Origin: an uncultured Candidatus Saccharibacteria bacterium | Lineage (GTDB): Bacteria; Patescibacteriota; Saccharimonadia; Saccharimonadales; EFPC-124 | Reading direction: 5' to 3' | Length of the DNA: 64,000 nt | NCBI GenBank assembly: GCA_964550035.1 | Contig: CAZJVU010000001.1 | Coordinates: 147,990-211,989 of the forward strand | Shown: piece by piece, positions 27,537-36,409 of the stretch | Layout of the letters: the number at the start of each line of letters is the position of its first letter | How positions within the stretch are numbered: position 1 is the stretch's first letter | Translations under genes and position numbers: made by a program | The notes under the pieces: model-generated | Databases searched by the model: none | Seen by the model: only the letters and a program-made list of their open reading frames with translations | What the model was told of the DNA's origin: nothing

Positions 27537-29738
27537 ATGCTCAGTTCGTTTACTATATTGACTATATTAACAATCATTGCCTTAGTAGCACAACTGCTAT
27601 TGACGGTAGGTGTGCTTGTTAAGAACAGTTCTAGCCTGCGAAACAGGGCGTTTTTCTTCTTGTCGCTTTCATTGTTAGCATGGGCAGTCGTTAATTACGT
27701 ATCCGAAACATACCCCGATGTGGCGAAGACGATCTACGTTATTCGCTTTATTATGCTCTTTGCGGTAGCGCAGAACTGTTTCTTTGTGTTGTTTGGATAC
27801 TCGCTGGATGGTCGGGGATTGCGGGTGACGCGGAGGGGCATCCTGTATGCCTTACTTAGTCTCGCCACTGCAGTAATCACCCTTACGCCCTTTCTTTTTT
27901 CACACCTGGCGCCAACAGCAAAAGGCGGCATATATCCGGTGGCGCAGCCGGGTATGGCGCTATTTGTGGTGCATGCTGCATTGTCGATTACGATTGGTTT
28001 TCGCTATTTGTTGCGCGAGTTACGGTCCTCAAAAGGCGCGCGCCATCAACAGATGGTATTCATCTTTGCCGGCTCTGTGGTGTTATGGGGGATTGTGCCC
28101 ATCACTAACTTTGCGCTCTCGGTTACGCTTCAGACGAGCCTGTTTGCAAACTTTAGCCCGTTCTATGCTTTCGCTTTCTCGTCGTTGATCGCCTATGCCG
28201 TCATAAAGCACAGATTGTTTGACATACGCTTGGCAATTGCGCGAACCGTCACGTATTTGTTCTTGCTGTTTACGCTAGCCAGCATGTACGCATTGGCAAT
28301 CTTTGGCTCGGCGCGGTTATTCTTTGGAGCGAGCAATGTAACTGTGTGGCAAAACGCAGTCTATGTGGCGCTCGGTCTATTCTTGGCCTTCACCCTCGAT
28401 CCGCTACGTCGATTCTTCAGCCGGCTGACCAATAGGTTTTTTTTCCAGGATATCTATAACACCGATCTTGTGTTGGATGACCTAAGCGATATCCTCGTGC
28501 ATACCACCTCAGTGCACGATTTGGCGCGTCGTTCGCTTAAAACGTTGAACGCTGCCCTTAAGGCCGAAGCGGCAGCAATCGTCGCACTGGACAAGAAAAC
28601 TGGCAAGATCGAGAAGGTCGTGGGAGTGGGCGGCCGTCGCCTGCGCCTAGACGATGTTGTTGCGCAGGCATCAGGTAGCAAGCAGCCTATCTTGGTTTTG
28701 GACGAAATAGTTGAAGATAGTCGCCACCTGGCGCGCAGCATGCAGGAGGCTGGCGCGGCAGTTGTGGGCAGAATGGAGACTAACAAGGAACGTATCGGCT
28801 ACGTCGTATTCAGTTACAAGAGCGGTGGCGGTATGTATACCGATCAAGATCTTTATCTTATTCAGATTGCCGCGGACGAGCTGGCCGTCGCTACTCAAAA
28901 CGCTCTGCGCTTCGAGGAGATCTCGCATTTCAACGAGACGTTGCAAGGCCAGGTCCGCGAAGCCACACGCGAACTGCGCGAGAGCAACAAAAAACTCAAG
29001 TCGCTTGATGAAGCCAAGGACGAGTTCATCAGCATGGCCTCGCATCAGCTCCGCACACCGCTTACCAGTGTGAAGGGCTATATGTCGATGGTGCTCGAGG
29101 GCGACGCCGGGAAGCTGAACCCCACGCAGCACCAGCTGCTCGAGCAGGCATTTGCCAGCTCGCAGCGCATGGTGTATCTGATCAGCGACTTTCTGAACGT
29201 CTCGCGCCTGCAGACTGGTAAGTTTACCATCGAGCGCACGCCCGTTATATTGAGCAATGTCGTGCAGCAAGAGGTGAACCAGCTGAGATCAACCGCAGAG
29301 TCGCGCAACTTGACTATCGAATGCAGCGTCCCGAGCGAATTTCCGGCGCTACAGCTCGACGAAAGCAAGCTGCGCCAGGCGATCATGAACTTTGTTGATA
29401 ATGCTATTTTCTACTCGCGGCCGGGCGGCGTGATCAAGGTCGATCTCATCAAGACCGCAAAAGACGCCGTGCTGACAGTTGAGGATAGCGGAATTGGCGT
29501 GCCCATGAGTGAACGACATCATTTGTTCACAAAGTTTTATCGTGCCAGTAACGCCCGCACTGCCCGACCTGACGGCACAGGTATTGGGCTGTTCATGGCC
29601 AAGAAAGTTGTTGTCGCCCACGGCGGGTCGATTATTTTCAACAGTGTCGAGGGCAAGGGGAGCACATTTGGCTTCCGTCTGCCGCTCAAGCAGCCCGCTG
29701 GGCTATCCGAAGATCATCCGAAAGAGCTCAAACAGTAA
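27537..29738 (+). CDS. Sensor histidine kinase (multi-TM sensor, GAF-like, HisKA, HATPase_c)
   Basis: H-box SHQLRTPLTSVKGY, N-box DNAIFYS, G-boxes DSGIGV and GTGIGL. The ATG at 27537 is preferred. Confidence 0.8.
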   Translation: MLSSFTILTILTIIALVAQLLLTVGVLVKNSSSLRNRAFFFLSLSLLAWAVVNYVSETYPDVAKTIYVIRFIMLFAVAQNCFFVLFGYSLDGRGLRVTRRGILYALLSLATAVITLTPFLFSHLAPTAKGGIYPVAQPGMALFVVHAALSITIGFRYLLRELRSSKGARHQQMVFIFAGSVVLWGIVPITNFALSVTLQTSLFANFSPFYAFAFSSLIAYAVIKHRLFDIRLAIARTVTYLFLLFTLASMYALAIFGSARLFFGASNVTVWQNAVYVALGLFLAFTLDPLRRFFSRLTNRFFFQDIYNTDLVLDDLSDILVHTTSVHDLARRSLKTLNAALKAEAAAIVALDKKTGKIEKVVGVGGRRLRLDDVVAQASGSKQPILVLDEIVEDSRHLARSMQEAGAAVVGRMETNKERIGYVVFSYKSGGGMYTDQDLYLIQIAADELAVATQNALRFEEISHFNETLQGQVREATRELRESNKKLKSLDEAKDEFISMASHQLRTPLTSVKGYMSMVLEGDAGKLNPTQHQLLEQAFASSQRMVYLISDFLNVSRLQTGKFTIERTPVILSNVVQQEVNQLRSTAESRNLTIECSVPSEFPALQLDESKLRQAIMNFVDNAIFYSRPGGVIKVDLIKTAKDAVLTVEDSGIGVPMSERHHLFTKFYRASNARTARPDGTGIGLFMAKKVVVAHGGSIIFNSVEGKGSTFGFRLPLKQPAGLSEDHPKELKQ

Positions 29739-29918
29739 CCAGCCAACAATCACGGCGCCACCGCCAATGCCACCGATCAGCTTGTACTGCTTCTTGTGGC
29801 TGTCCCACCATTCGCGGGCGGGGCTTTTGACCTCGGCTTTGTAGCGGTGAACCGTCGGAGTGCTGGCAGCATCACGGCCGGTGTATTGCTTGGTGCGTTT
29901 TTTCTTGGGTTTGTTCAT
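29703..29918 (-). CDS. Small C-terminally anchored basic protein (hypothetical)
   Basis: 71-aa ORF: Lys-rich N-terminus, then IGGIGGGAVIVGWLLFELF. It overlaps the kinase 3' end (convergent). Confidence 0.4.
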   Translation of the reverse strand: MNKPKKKRTKQYTGRDAASTPTVHRYKAEVKSPAREWWDSHKKQYKLIGGIGGGAVIVGWLLFELFRMIFG

Positions 29919-30024
29919 TATTTCTATTGTATCAGATGGTGTAATACCTCGGCCGCTTCTCGCCTCGTATGTTTAGCGCAGTCGCTGCTCCGCCGACTTC
30001 CTCCTCAGCAACGGTCCTGAGCTC

Positions 30025-30058
30025 GTATTCTTTGTGTTTGTTGTAACACAAAGAATAC
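30025..30058. other. Perfect 13-bp AT-rich inverted repeat
   Basis: GTATTCTTTGTGT-ttgttgta-ACACAAAGAATAC. There is no U tract on either strand, so the role is unknown. Confidence 0.3.
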
Positions 30059-30122
30059 TTCGTGCGGATGTTGCTTCACAGGAAGCCAGGCGGATCGCTG
30101 AGGAACTTTGTGCTATCGTCAG

Positions 30123-30232
30123 CCGGCGCTCACCCACGTCGTCTTCCCGACTGTATCGGAGCCTGGCGGATCCAAGAGCGAATAGCTCTGATCCCCAAGC
30201 AGGAGGGAATGGGGGCGTGGGTGAAAAGCCGG
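30123..30232 (-). repeat. GC-rich rod-like hairpin element, copy 2 (candidate structured RNA)
   Basis: The reverse complement aligns with 21446..21551. The terminal arms are identical, and the blocks TCCCTCC, GCTTGGGG, CCGCCAGGCT and GTCGGGA are conserved. Confidence 0.5.
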
Positions 30233-30372
30233 TGTTGCAGAAGACAGGCTCAAACAGGAAAGCCTGCTACAACAATAGTATTGACACCCCGACCCAGCTA
30301 ATGGTTTCATGTGCTCGCGAGGCGCCAGGGAAGCCGTTCACAAAACGTTGGCGTCTCGCGCCGCCGTAAATC

Positions 30373-30404
30373 AAAACCACCCCAGAGTAATCCGGGGTGG
30401 TTTT
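30373..30404 (-). terminator. Bidirectional intrinsic terminator after ORF 30436..32388
   Basis: AAAACCACCCC-N10-GGGGTGGTTTT, with T runs on both strands. Confidence 0.65.
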
Positions 30405-30435
30405 GTATGTATGAGCGGTCAGTCAAACCGTGCGC

Positions 30436-32388
30436 TTAGCGCTTGAACGTGTCGCGCAGGTTGCGACGGCTGCCGACCCAAGCCTTGAGGCTGAGGCCGA
30501 GAGCGCTGGTACCAAAGAGTCCGCCAGCTACGATGCCGGCGCTGGTGTTTGGCAGTTCACCAGGAGTTTCACACTCCTTGTTACCCGCTGGAACACCAGG
30601 CTTACATTCGTTACACTTTTGGTCGCCCATAGGGACGCCTGGCTTACACTCGGTGCAGCGGCTGTCGCCCATTGGGATACCTGGCTTACATTCTTCAGGT
30701 GCGACAGTAACTTTCTTGGCACAGTTGTCACTGGTGATACCAGTAACGGTCTTGCCGTCTACTTCGAAGGTTACCGAAACCTTAGTGGTGTAATCACCAG
30801 GCTTGTCGTATTTGTGGGTCTGGGTTTCTTGGCCTGCGCCAACGATGATGGTCTGGCCATCGCCGAAGTCGAAGCTGTATTCCTTGACCTTGACGTTACC
30901 TTGAGTTTTTGGAGTTACCTTGTACTCGAAGGTGTCGCGTGACTTCTTGATTACGTCAAGAGCGTCACAGGTGTATTTGTTCTCGACAGGCTGTTCTTTG
31001 ACCTCGAAAGGCTTCTTACAGTTGTCGCTGGTAGCGGTCTTTTCCTGACCGTCAACCGTTACGACGACGGTTGCCTCGACGGTGTACTTGCCGACCTTTG
31101 TCTGGTCGTAGGTAAGGGTGCCATCGATGCTGTCTTTCGTGTCAAGCACGGTGCCCTTGTCGTCACGAATGACGTAGACAAACTTCTTGAACTCGGCGTT
31201 CTCTACCATCTTTGTGGCGGTGAACTTGAACTGAGTTCGCGAGATTTGCTCGACGTTCAGTGCAGAACATTCGTATTTCGGAGGCTTAGTCTCTTCACAC
31301 TTCTTGGTGGTTGTGACGTCAGCGGTGTCGCTCTTGCTGCCGCTGTCGGTTTCGACGGTTGCAGAGTTGGTGAGCTTGTTGTCGCCACAAGTTGGCAGGC
31401 TGTCGTTATCGGCAACCTTAGCGCTGAAGATAACCCACGCGTTCGCGCCGGCTGCGTATGAACCAATGTTCACACCGCCCTTGGTGACGTTGTCGGAAAT
31501 CTTTGCGCCGTCTGGTGTCTTGGTGTTACCCAGGACAGAGCTGCCGTCGACGTATGTTTCGCCAGCTGGCAGGGTGTCTTTGACGACAACGTTGTCTTGT
31601 TGGGTATCACCAGTGTTCTTGTACTGGATCAGGTAGTCAACGGTTTCGCCAGGCTGAGCAGCGTAGCTCTCAACCCATTTGTTCTCGCCGTGCTTGCTGA
31701 CGAGTTTGCTCATGGTGAAGTTGGTGCTCTGAGGAGCCTCAACTTTTACCTTGAAGGTAACGTACCCGGCGTATTGCATACAACCAGGGATGATACCGTC
31801 GAGCTTGTCGTAGCCAAGTGGTGCACCAGCGTCGGTAACGATACCGTCGCTCAGCTGTGCGCCGGCTTGGCCAAATGCGTTGTTGTACAGACGAGCTGAG
31901 CCAGCTTGGTAGGCAACGTTGAAGTCGCTGTTGCTGGTCAGTGTTGCTGAATCCCAAATCTCCTGAGGAGCGGCGTTGTCGGCAGTAATGAAACCACCAA
32001 GCTGGACGCTCTTACCAGTTGTGTTCGGGACATTTACCTTGGTGCGTACGTTTGTAGCCTTCAGGTTGAGGTTGGCAGCTGCGTCGTTGTGGACGTAGAT
32101 GCGAACCAGGTATTCGTGACCAGCCTGGGCGGTCACGCTGTCTTGCCAGCCACCGGCGGCGGTGTTACTGGCGTCTTTGATCGTTAAAAAGTTACGTTCG
32201 TCGCCGACTTCTGAGTTGTCGGTGATCGAGTCAAACGTCACGTGGTCAGCAGGGTTGGCCATGGTGTAGGTAGGACGGTCAGGACCCCATGCCATAACAA
32301 CGGCAGGAATCATAACAGCAGCTACGGCAACGCCCATAGGCAACCAGCGCTTCGGAACGCGACGAAGTAATGTAGAAACAAACTTCAT
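30436..32388 (-). CDS. Cell-surface protein with PKD-type repeats, Cys-rich CKPG[IV]P repeats and an LPNTS sortase-type sorting signal
   Basis: Signal peptide. PKD-like FDFGDGQT. ECKPGIPMGDSRCTECKPGVPMGDQKCNECKPGVPAGNKECE. Then LPNTSAG, a hydrophobic stretch and an RRNLRDTFKR tail. Confidence 0.75.
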   Translation of the reverse strand: MKFVSTLLRRVPKRWLPMGVAVAAVMIPAVVMAWGPDRPTYTMANPADHVTFDSITDNSEVGDERNFLTIKDASNTAAGGWQDSVTAQAGHEYLVRIYVHNDAAANLNLKATNVRTKVNVPNTTGKSVQLGGFITADNAAPQEIWDSATLTSNSDFNVAYQAGSARLYNNAFGQAGAQLSDGIVTDAGAPLGYDKLDGIIPGCMQYAGYVTFKVKVEAPQSTNFTMSKLVSKHGENKWVESYAAQPGETVDYLIQYKNTGDTQQDNVVVKDTLPAGETYVDGSSVLGNTKTPDGAKISDNVTKGGVNIGSYAAGANAWVIFSAKVADNDSLPTCGDNKLTNSATVETDSGSKSDTADVTTTKKCEETKPPKYECSALNVEQISRTQFKFTATKMVENAEFKKFVYVIRDDKGTVLDTKDSIDGTLTYDQTKVGKYTVEATVVVTVDGQEKTATSDNCKKPFEVKEQPVENKYTCDALDVIKKSRDTFEYKVTPKTQGNVKVKEYSFDFGDGQTIIVGAGQETQTHKYDKPGDYTTKVSVTFEVDGKTVTGITSDNCAKKVTVAPEECKPGIPMGDSRCTECKPGVPMGDQKCNECKPGVPAGNKECETPGELPNTSAGIVAGGLFGTSALGLSLKAWVGSRRNLRDTFKR

Positions 32389-32613
32389 GCTCTTCTCCCT
32401 TAGTATTTTACTTATATCATAAATTGGTAGTGTAATCGAAACTATTTTCTTCTAGAAACTCTTTGGAACCAGATTGTTAATGAACGCTCATTGCTCAATT
32501 ACAGGTCAGATCATTTCAACTTGCTTGGTTGTTCCCCGAGGGGAGCAACGCGACCGAGCTTGTGGGCCCAGATGGTTACTCCTCTCGGTGGGGTGGTATA
32601 GCTTGTGGTCCCG

Positions 32614-32657
32614 CCGAACCGCCGGGCTGCCCGGGTTGGGCGAGCTCGGCGGTTCGG
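32614..32657 (-). terminator. GC-rich hairpin after cassette G
   Basis: CCGAACCGCCG-N22-CGGCGGTTCGG, immediately 3' of the stop at 32668. Confidence 0.45.
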
Positions 32658-32667
32658 TCAGTGCTGG

Positions 32668-34032
32668 TTAGCACTTGGGGATGCCCGGTGGGCACTTGAC
32701 GCCGGTGGCCGGGGCGCTCGGCTTGGGAGCCGGCGTCTCGACCGGTTGGGTCGGCGTGTGCGTGACCGTCGGTTGGTGCGTTGTCGGGTGCGGGTCGTAA
32801 CTCGTCGGCGGGTCGGACGGCCGGGGTTCGGTCGTCGACGGCGCCGGCGGGTTGGGACCTCCTTGTGATGCGCACACCTTCGTCCCGTCCGCACATCCCT
32901 GCGCGGAAATCTTGGACTCGATGCACTTGCCGTTCTCGTTCTCGTGTTCCGACGGGATGCATTTCTGCGTCGTGGTCGGCGGAGAAGTCGGCGGCGTTGT
33001 CGTCCCCGGGGGCGGCGTGCTGCCGTGTGTCGACTGGCTCGGAGTGGGGATCGGCGTCGGGATCGGCTTGGACTTCGGCAGCCGCCACAGGTTGTGGCAG
33101 TCGACGAAGGCACCATTGTCGGTCTCGATGTCCTTGAACTGCTCCTTCTCGTCGAGGGTAACCTTTCCCAGCGAAACTCGAACCATCGACCGCGCGTCGA
33201 TGAACTGATCGCAGTGGTTGATGTTCAAGTGCCGGGTGTTGATGATCGAGTCGACTCGAACGATCGGCAGCGTGCCGACGTTGGGGTTGCCGTCGCTGGC
33301 AGCCTTCTGTCGAATCGCGTCGTCGTTCAGGGACGTGTTGACGGCGAGGATGAAGCGGTCGTCATGCTCCTTCTCCGTGGCCACGAACTTCGGGACGTCG
33401 GTGTCCCAGTTCATGGCGAGGTTGGAGTTGGCGCAGTCGGTGTACCACTTCTCTTTGCCGTACAGACCGTCCAGCTCGGACCAGCTGTTTGTCCGATGCG
33501 CATCCGCGGATGTCCCCGTGGTGACGGGTACGGTGCGGGCGTCGCGGTTGGACTCGCTGCCGGTGATGGGCTTGTCGGGCTGACCCCCGTAGATGATGGC
33601 CAGCGTCTTGGTCTTGCCGTCGACATCTGTCACGGTCGCCGTGGGGCTGTCCGTGCAGGTGCCCTTGACGACGGCGTCTGCCTTCGCGTCGAGTTCGGCC
33701 TTGCGGGTCTTCAGCGTGTCGTTCAGGGTCTTGAGCTCCGGCGCGGTGGCCGGGGCGGTGAATCCGAACTTGGTGATGCCGTCGTAGTTGCCGGACTGGG
33801 TCACGTCCTGGGCGGCGCGGGTGAACTCGTCGTCGACGATCTTCGCGTCGGCGCACGTCACGGCCGCGATGCCGGCGCTGATGTTGGGTGACTGGTAGGC
33901 TCCGCCGTTGCTTCCGGGTTTCATCCCGAGTGCAGCGCCGGTCACCACCAGTCCGGCCACCACCAGCGCGGCGATGGACGGTAGGGCCCAGCGCCGTCCT
34001 GTGGCTGTGGTCGGTGCGGTTGTGGCAGTCAT
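32668..34032 (-). CDS. Secreted hypothetical protein with Pro/Thr-rich linker and Cys-rich C-terminus (GC-rich cassette G)
   Basis: The ATG at 34030-34032 follows AAAGGAG. The N-terminus MTATTAPTTATGRRWALPSIAALVVAGLVVTGAALG is Tat/Sec-signal-like. The protein ends ...VKCPPGIPKC. Third codon positions are very GC-rich. Confidence 0.6.
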   Translation of the reverse strand: MTATTAPTTATGRRWALPSIAALVVAGLVVTGAALGMKPGSNGGAYQSPNISAGIAAVTCADAKIVDDEFTRAAQDVTQSGNYDGITKFGFTAPATAPELKTLNDTLKTRKAELDAKADAVVKGTCTDSPTATVTDVDGKTKTLAIIYGGQPDKPITGSESNRDARTVPVTTGTSADAHRTNSWSELDGLYGKEKWYTDCANSNLAMNWDTDVPKFVATEKEHDDRFILAVNTSLNDDAIRQKAASDGNPNVGTLPIVRVDSIINTRHLNINHCDQFIDARSMVRVSLGKVTLDEKEQFKDIETDNGAFVDCHNLWRLPKSKPIPTPIPTPSQSTHGSTPPPGTTTPPTSPPTTTQKCIPSEHENENGKCIESKISAQGCADGTKVCASQGGPNPPAPSTTEPRPSDPPTSYDPHPTTHQPTVTHTPTQPVETPAPKPSAPATGVKCPPGIPKC

Positions 34033-34394
34033 GGGGGCACTCCTTTCGTGTCGAAGCCCCAAGGGTTTGCCCGCTCTGACCGCGGGCGCGGTTTCAGATG
34101 TAATGCGGGCGGCTGCTAGAGGCCAGGGCACGGAGGAGCACTTAAGCTATACCGTGCCGCTCCTGTAAGGCGCAGCAGTGTATTCACCAAGGGCTTTGTT
34201 TTGCGGCAATGCCCATCGGCGAATACACTGCCACGCCTCAGATGGAGAGCGGCAGATAAAGTAAGCTAAAATGATCTGACTTGTCAAAGAGCTCTTCGTC
34301 TTGCTGTGCCTGATTCAAAATATAAAAAAAGCCGCATGGCTGCAGCTATCCTTACGCCTCTCCTCACACACTGCCGCAAAACGATGTCTTAGTA

Positions 34395-34423
34395 AATATA
34401 ACACAAAACGGTAGTGGTGTCAA
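34395..34423 (-). promoter_or_regulatory. Near-consensus sigma70 promoter facing cassette G
   Basis: TTGACA-N17-TATATT on the minus strand, about 360 nt upstream of the G start. Confidence 0.45.
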
Positions 34424-34461
34424 TATTCTTAAGCACTATTGTATGGCTTGCGCAAATAACA

Positions 34462-34491
34462 AAACTACCCCTGCCGTGACGGGGGTAGTTT
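34462..34491 (-). terminator. Intrinsic terminator after ORF 34509..35876
   Basis: AAACTACCCC-N10-GGGGTAGTTT, followed by TTTTGTTATTT on the minus strand. Confidence 0.65.
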
Positions 34492-34508
34492 GAGGATTGG
34501 AGGTCTGA

Positions 34509-35876
34509 TTAGCGGCGGATAAAGCTGCTCATCAGGTTGCGGCGACTTCGGATGAAGTAACCACCAGCGGTCAGGATACTACCACCACCGATCGTGCCAC
34601 CAAGGACACTTACGGCACTGGTGTTTGGCAGCTCTTCAGGAGTACACTCCTTGCTGTCAGCTGGAACGCCTGGCTTACACTCGGTGCAACGGCTGTCGCC
34701 AACAGGGATACCTGGCTTACATTCCTGTGGAGGAGTTTGCTCAGGGCTGATCTTTGTCTGGCAAGTAACGCTCTTGACGTTACCGGCAACGTTGAAGTTG
34801 ACAGTTGCGACAATGGTGTAGTCGCCAGCCTTAGCGAACGTGTGCTCGCTCATAGCGGTGCTTTCGTCAGATGGCTTTACGCCGCTGACAGTTTGGCCAT
34901 CGCCAAAGTTGAAGTTTACATCCTTCAGGGTAGCGCCACCGCTCTGGGTCGTCTTGGCAGTAAAGCGGTACTGGCGGTTTTCTTTGTTAATGGTCGTAGC
35001 GGTCAGTGCGCTACAAGCGTAGGCAGGGGTTTCGGGAACAGGTTTAACCTCGACAGGCTTGGCACACTTGGCGCCGGTGACGGTCTTGGCCTCACCATTT
35101 ACAGATACGTAGACAGTAACTTTGGTCGTGAATGAGCCTTCCTTGGCGTATTCGTGCGTTACAGTCTGGCTTGCACTTGTAACGGTCTGGCTGGTGCCGT
35201 CGCCGAATTCGTACACAAGCTTGGCAACCTTGGCGCCGTTCAGGGCAGTTACGTCGGTTGTGTAGTTAAAGGTGGTGCGGTTTTTCTGGGTAACGTTCAG
35301 CATGTTACAGCTGTATTCAGGAGCCTTACCAGTTGGGTGACCCTTTACTGGGTTACCGCAAGCAGTCAGGGCGGCGAACTCAAACTGGTCGCCATTCATC
35401 ATAACCAGCGCAGGAATGTCACTTCGGAAAGCGTCCTGGTCGCGGTCTTGGTAGTACGTCTTACCGCCAATGTTGACAGTAGTAGAGTACGATTTCTTAT
35501 TTCGGCCAAGGCTGACAGCGTCGGTCGCAACGACCTTACCATCTACCTTTACGGTACCGTCTCGGTAGGCCATACCCATCTTGGCGGTTTTGCTCAGGCG
35601 ATCAATCTCGTTTGGAGCAAGACCGTAATCTGCGTAGATGGCAGGGTAGTCGCCTTTATCGTTAGCCTTGTACTTAGCAACAAAGTCATCGATGGTACTG
35701 TAACCACAAGGCAAAATGTTATTACTATCACACGTTGCGGCGCTGGCGCTAGAGCCAGAAGCTGCAAAGTTTGCCGTCAGGGCAACGCCCGTCATGGCTA
35801 CAAACAGTGCGCCTACTAGTAGCTTGCTACCAGAGGCATGGCGAATGCGATTCGCGATCTTATTAAATACGTTCAT
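34509..35876 (-). CDS. Cell-surface PKD-repeat protein with LPNTS sorting signal (paralog of 30436..32388)
   Basis: Signal peptide. YEFGDGTSQTV and NFNFGDGQTVSG. ECKPGIPVGDSRCTECKPGVPADSKEC. Then LPNTSAV, a hydrophobic stretch and an RSRRNLMSSFIRR tail. Confidence 0.75.
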   Translation of the reverse strand: MNVFNKIANRIRHASGSKLLVGALFVAMTGVALTANFAASGSSASAATCDSNNILPCGYSTIDDFVAKYKANDKGDYPAIYADYGLAPNEIDRLSKTAKMGMAYRDGTVKVDGKVVATDAVSLGRNKKSYSTTVNIGGKTYYQDRDQDAFRSDIPALVMMNGDQFEFAALTACGNPVKGHPTGKAPEYSCNMLNVTQKNRTTFNYTTDVTALNGAKVAKLVYEFGDGTSQTVTSASQTVTHEYAKEGSFTTKVTVYVSVNGEAKTVTGAKCAKPVEVKPVPETPAYACSALTATTINKENRQYRFTAKTTQSGGATLKDVNFNFGDGQTVSGVKPSDESTAMSEHTFAKAGDYTIVATVNFNVAGNVKSVTCQTKISPEQTPPQECKPGIPVGDSRCTECKPGVPADSKECTPEELPNTSAVSVLGGTIGGGSILTAGGYFIRSRRNLMSSFIRR

Positions 35877-36003
35877 TAAGTTCTCCCAAACTTACCTTTC
35901 AACTTAGCTATAGTAGCATAAGTATGACAGAATGTCAATATTACGCTTACGCTTTGATTCCTGAAAGGAGAACGACCCCTGCAAACTGTGGCATAATAGA
36001 GAG

Positions 36004-36408
36004 GTGAATAAAGAGACGCCGCAGATACCACAGCTCATGAATGCCCCTTTAAAGGCGGGATTTCCTAACCCAGCCGAAGAAGCGGGTGGATTTGCGCTCG
36101 ATCTCAATCAGTATCTGGTCAAGCACCCTGTTAGTACCTATTATCTGAGGGTAGAAGGTGATTCGATGACCGGGGCGGGTATCACCTCTGGAGATATAGT
36201 GGTGGTTGATAAGTCGCTTCAGGCACGGTCAGGTGATATCGTCGTGGCGGCGGTGGACGGTGATTTTACGCTTAAAAGACTCAAGAAACAGGGGAGCGGC
36301 GCCTGGCTAGTGGCCGAACACCCCGGTTATTCGCCGATCGCGCTCCATGAAGCAACAGATGCCGCTCTCTGGGGTGTGGTGACATTTGTCGTGCATAAGG
36401 CTCGGTAG
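36004..36408 (+). CDS. umuD: UmuD-like S24 peptidase (translesion polymerase accessory subunit)
   Basis: GFPNPAEE ... VEGDSMTGAGI ... FTLKRL matches the LexA/UmuD Ser-Lys dyad context. It sits directly upstream of umuC. Confidence 0.8.
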   Translation: MNKETPQIPQLMNAPLKAGFPNPAEEAGGFALDLNQYLVKHPVSTYYLRVEGDSMTGAGITSGDIVVVDKSLQARSGDIVVAAVDGDFTLKRLKKQGSGAWLVAEHPGYSPIALHEATDAALWGVVTFVVHKAR

Positions 36409-36409
36409 T

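Noticed and set aside
30060-30405. RNase P RNA, tmRNA or SRP RNA in the structured spacer
   Set aside because: There is no GGAAAGTCCGG or ACAGAACCCGGCTTA (RNase P). There is no tRNA-like GGTTCGA...CCA end or tag ORF (tmRNA). There is no GGAA/AGCAGCC domain IV motif (SRP). GGGTGAAAAGCC and ACAGGAAAGCC are only superficial look-alikes, and they occur in the wrong order.
32576-33891. Several long alternative-frame ORFs inside cassette G (for example 32944..33891 plus, 32658..33116 minus)
   Set aside because: Their products are extremely Arg/Gly/Pro-rich. Only the 32668..34032 minus frame has an SD, a signal-like N-terminus and sensible domain composition.
34324-34388. Stand-alone sRNA or 17-codon micro-ORF (MRLFLYFESGTARRRAL) after the TTGACA-N17-TATATT promoter
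   Set aside because: The terminator stem is only 4-6 bp, and the micro-ORF start sits inside that stem without proper SD spacing. It is more simply the 5' end of the long leader of cassette G, and is kept only as a note within that finding.
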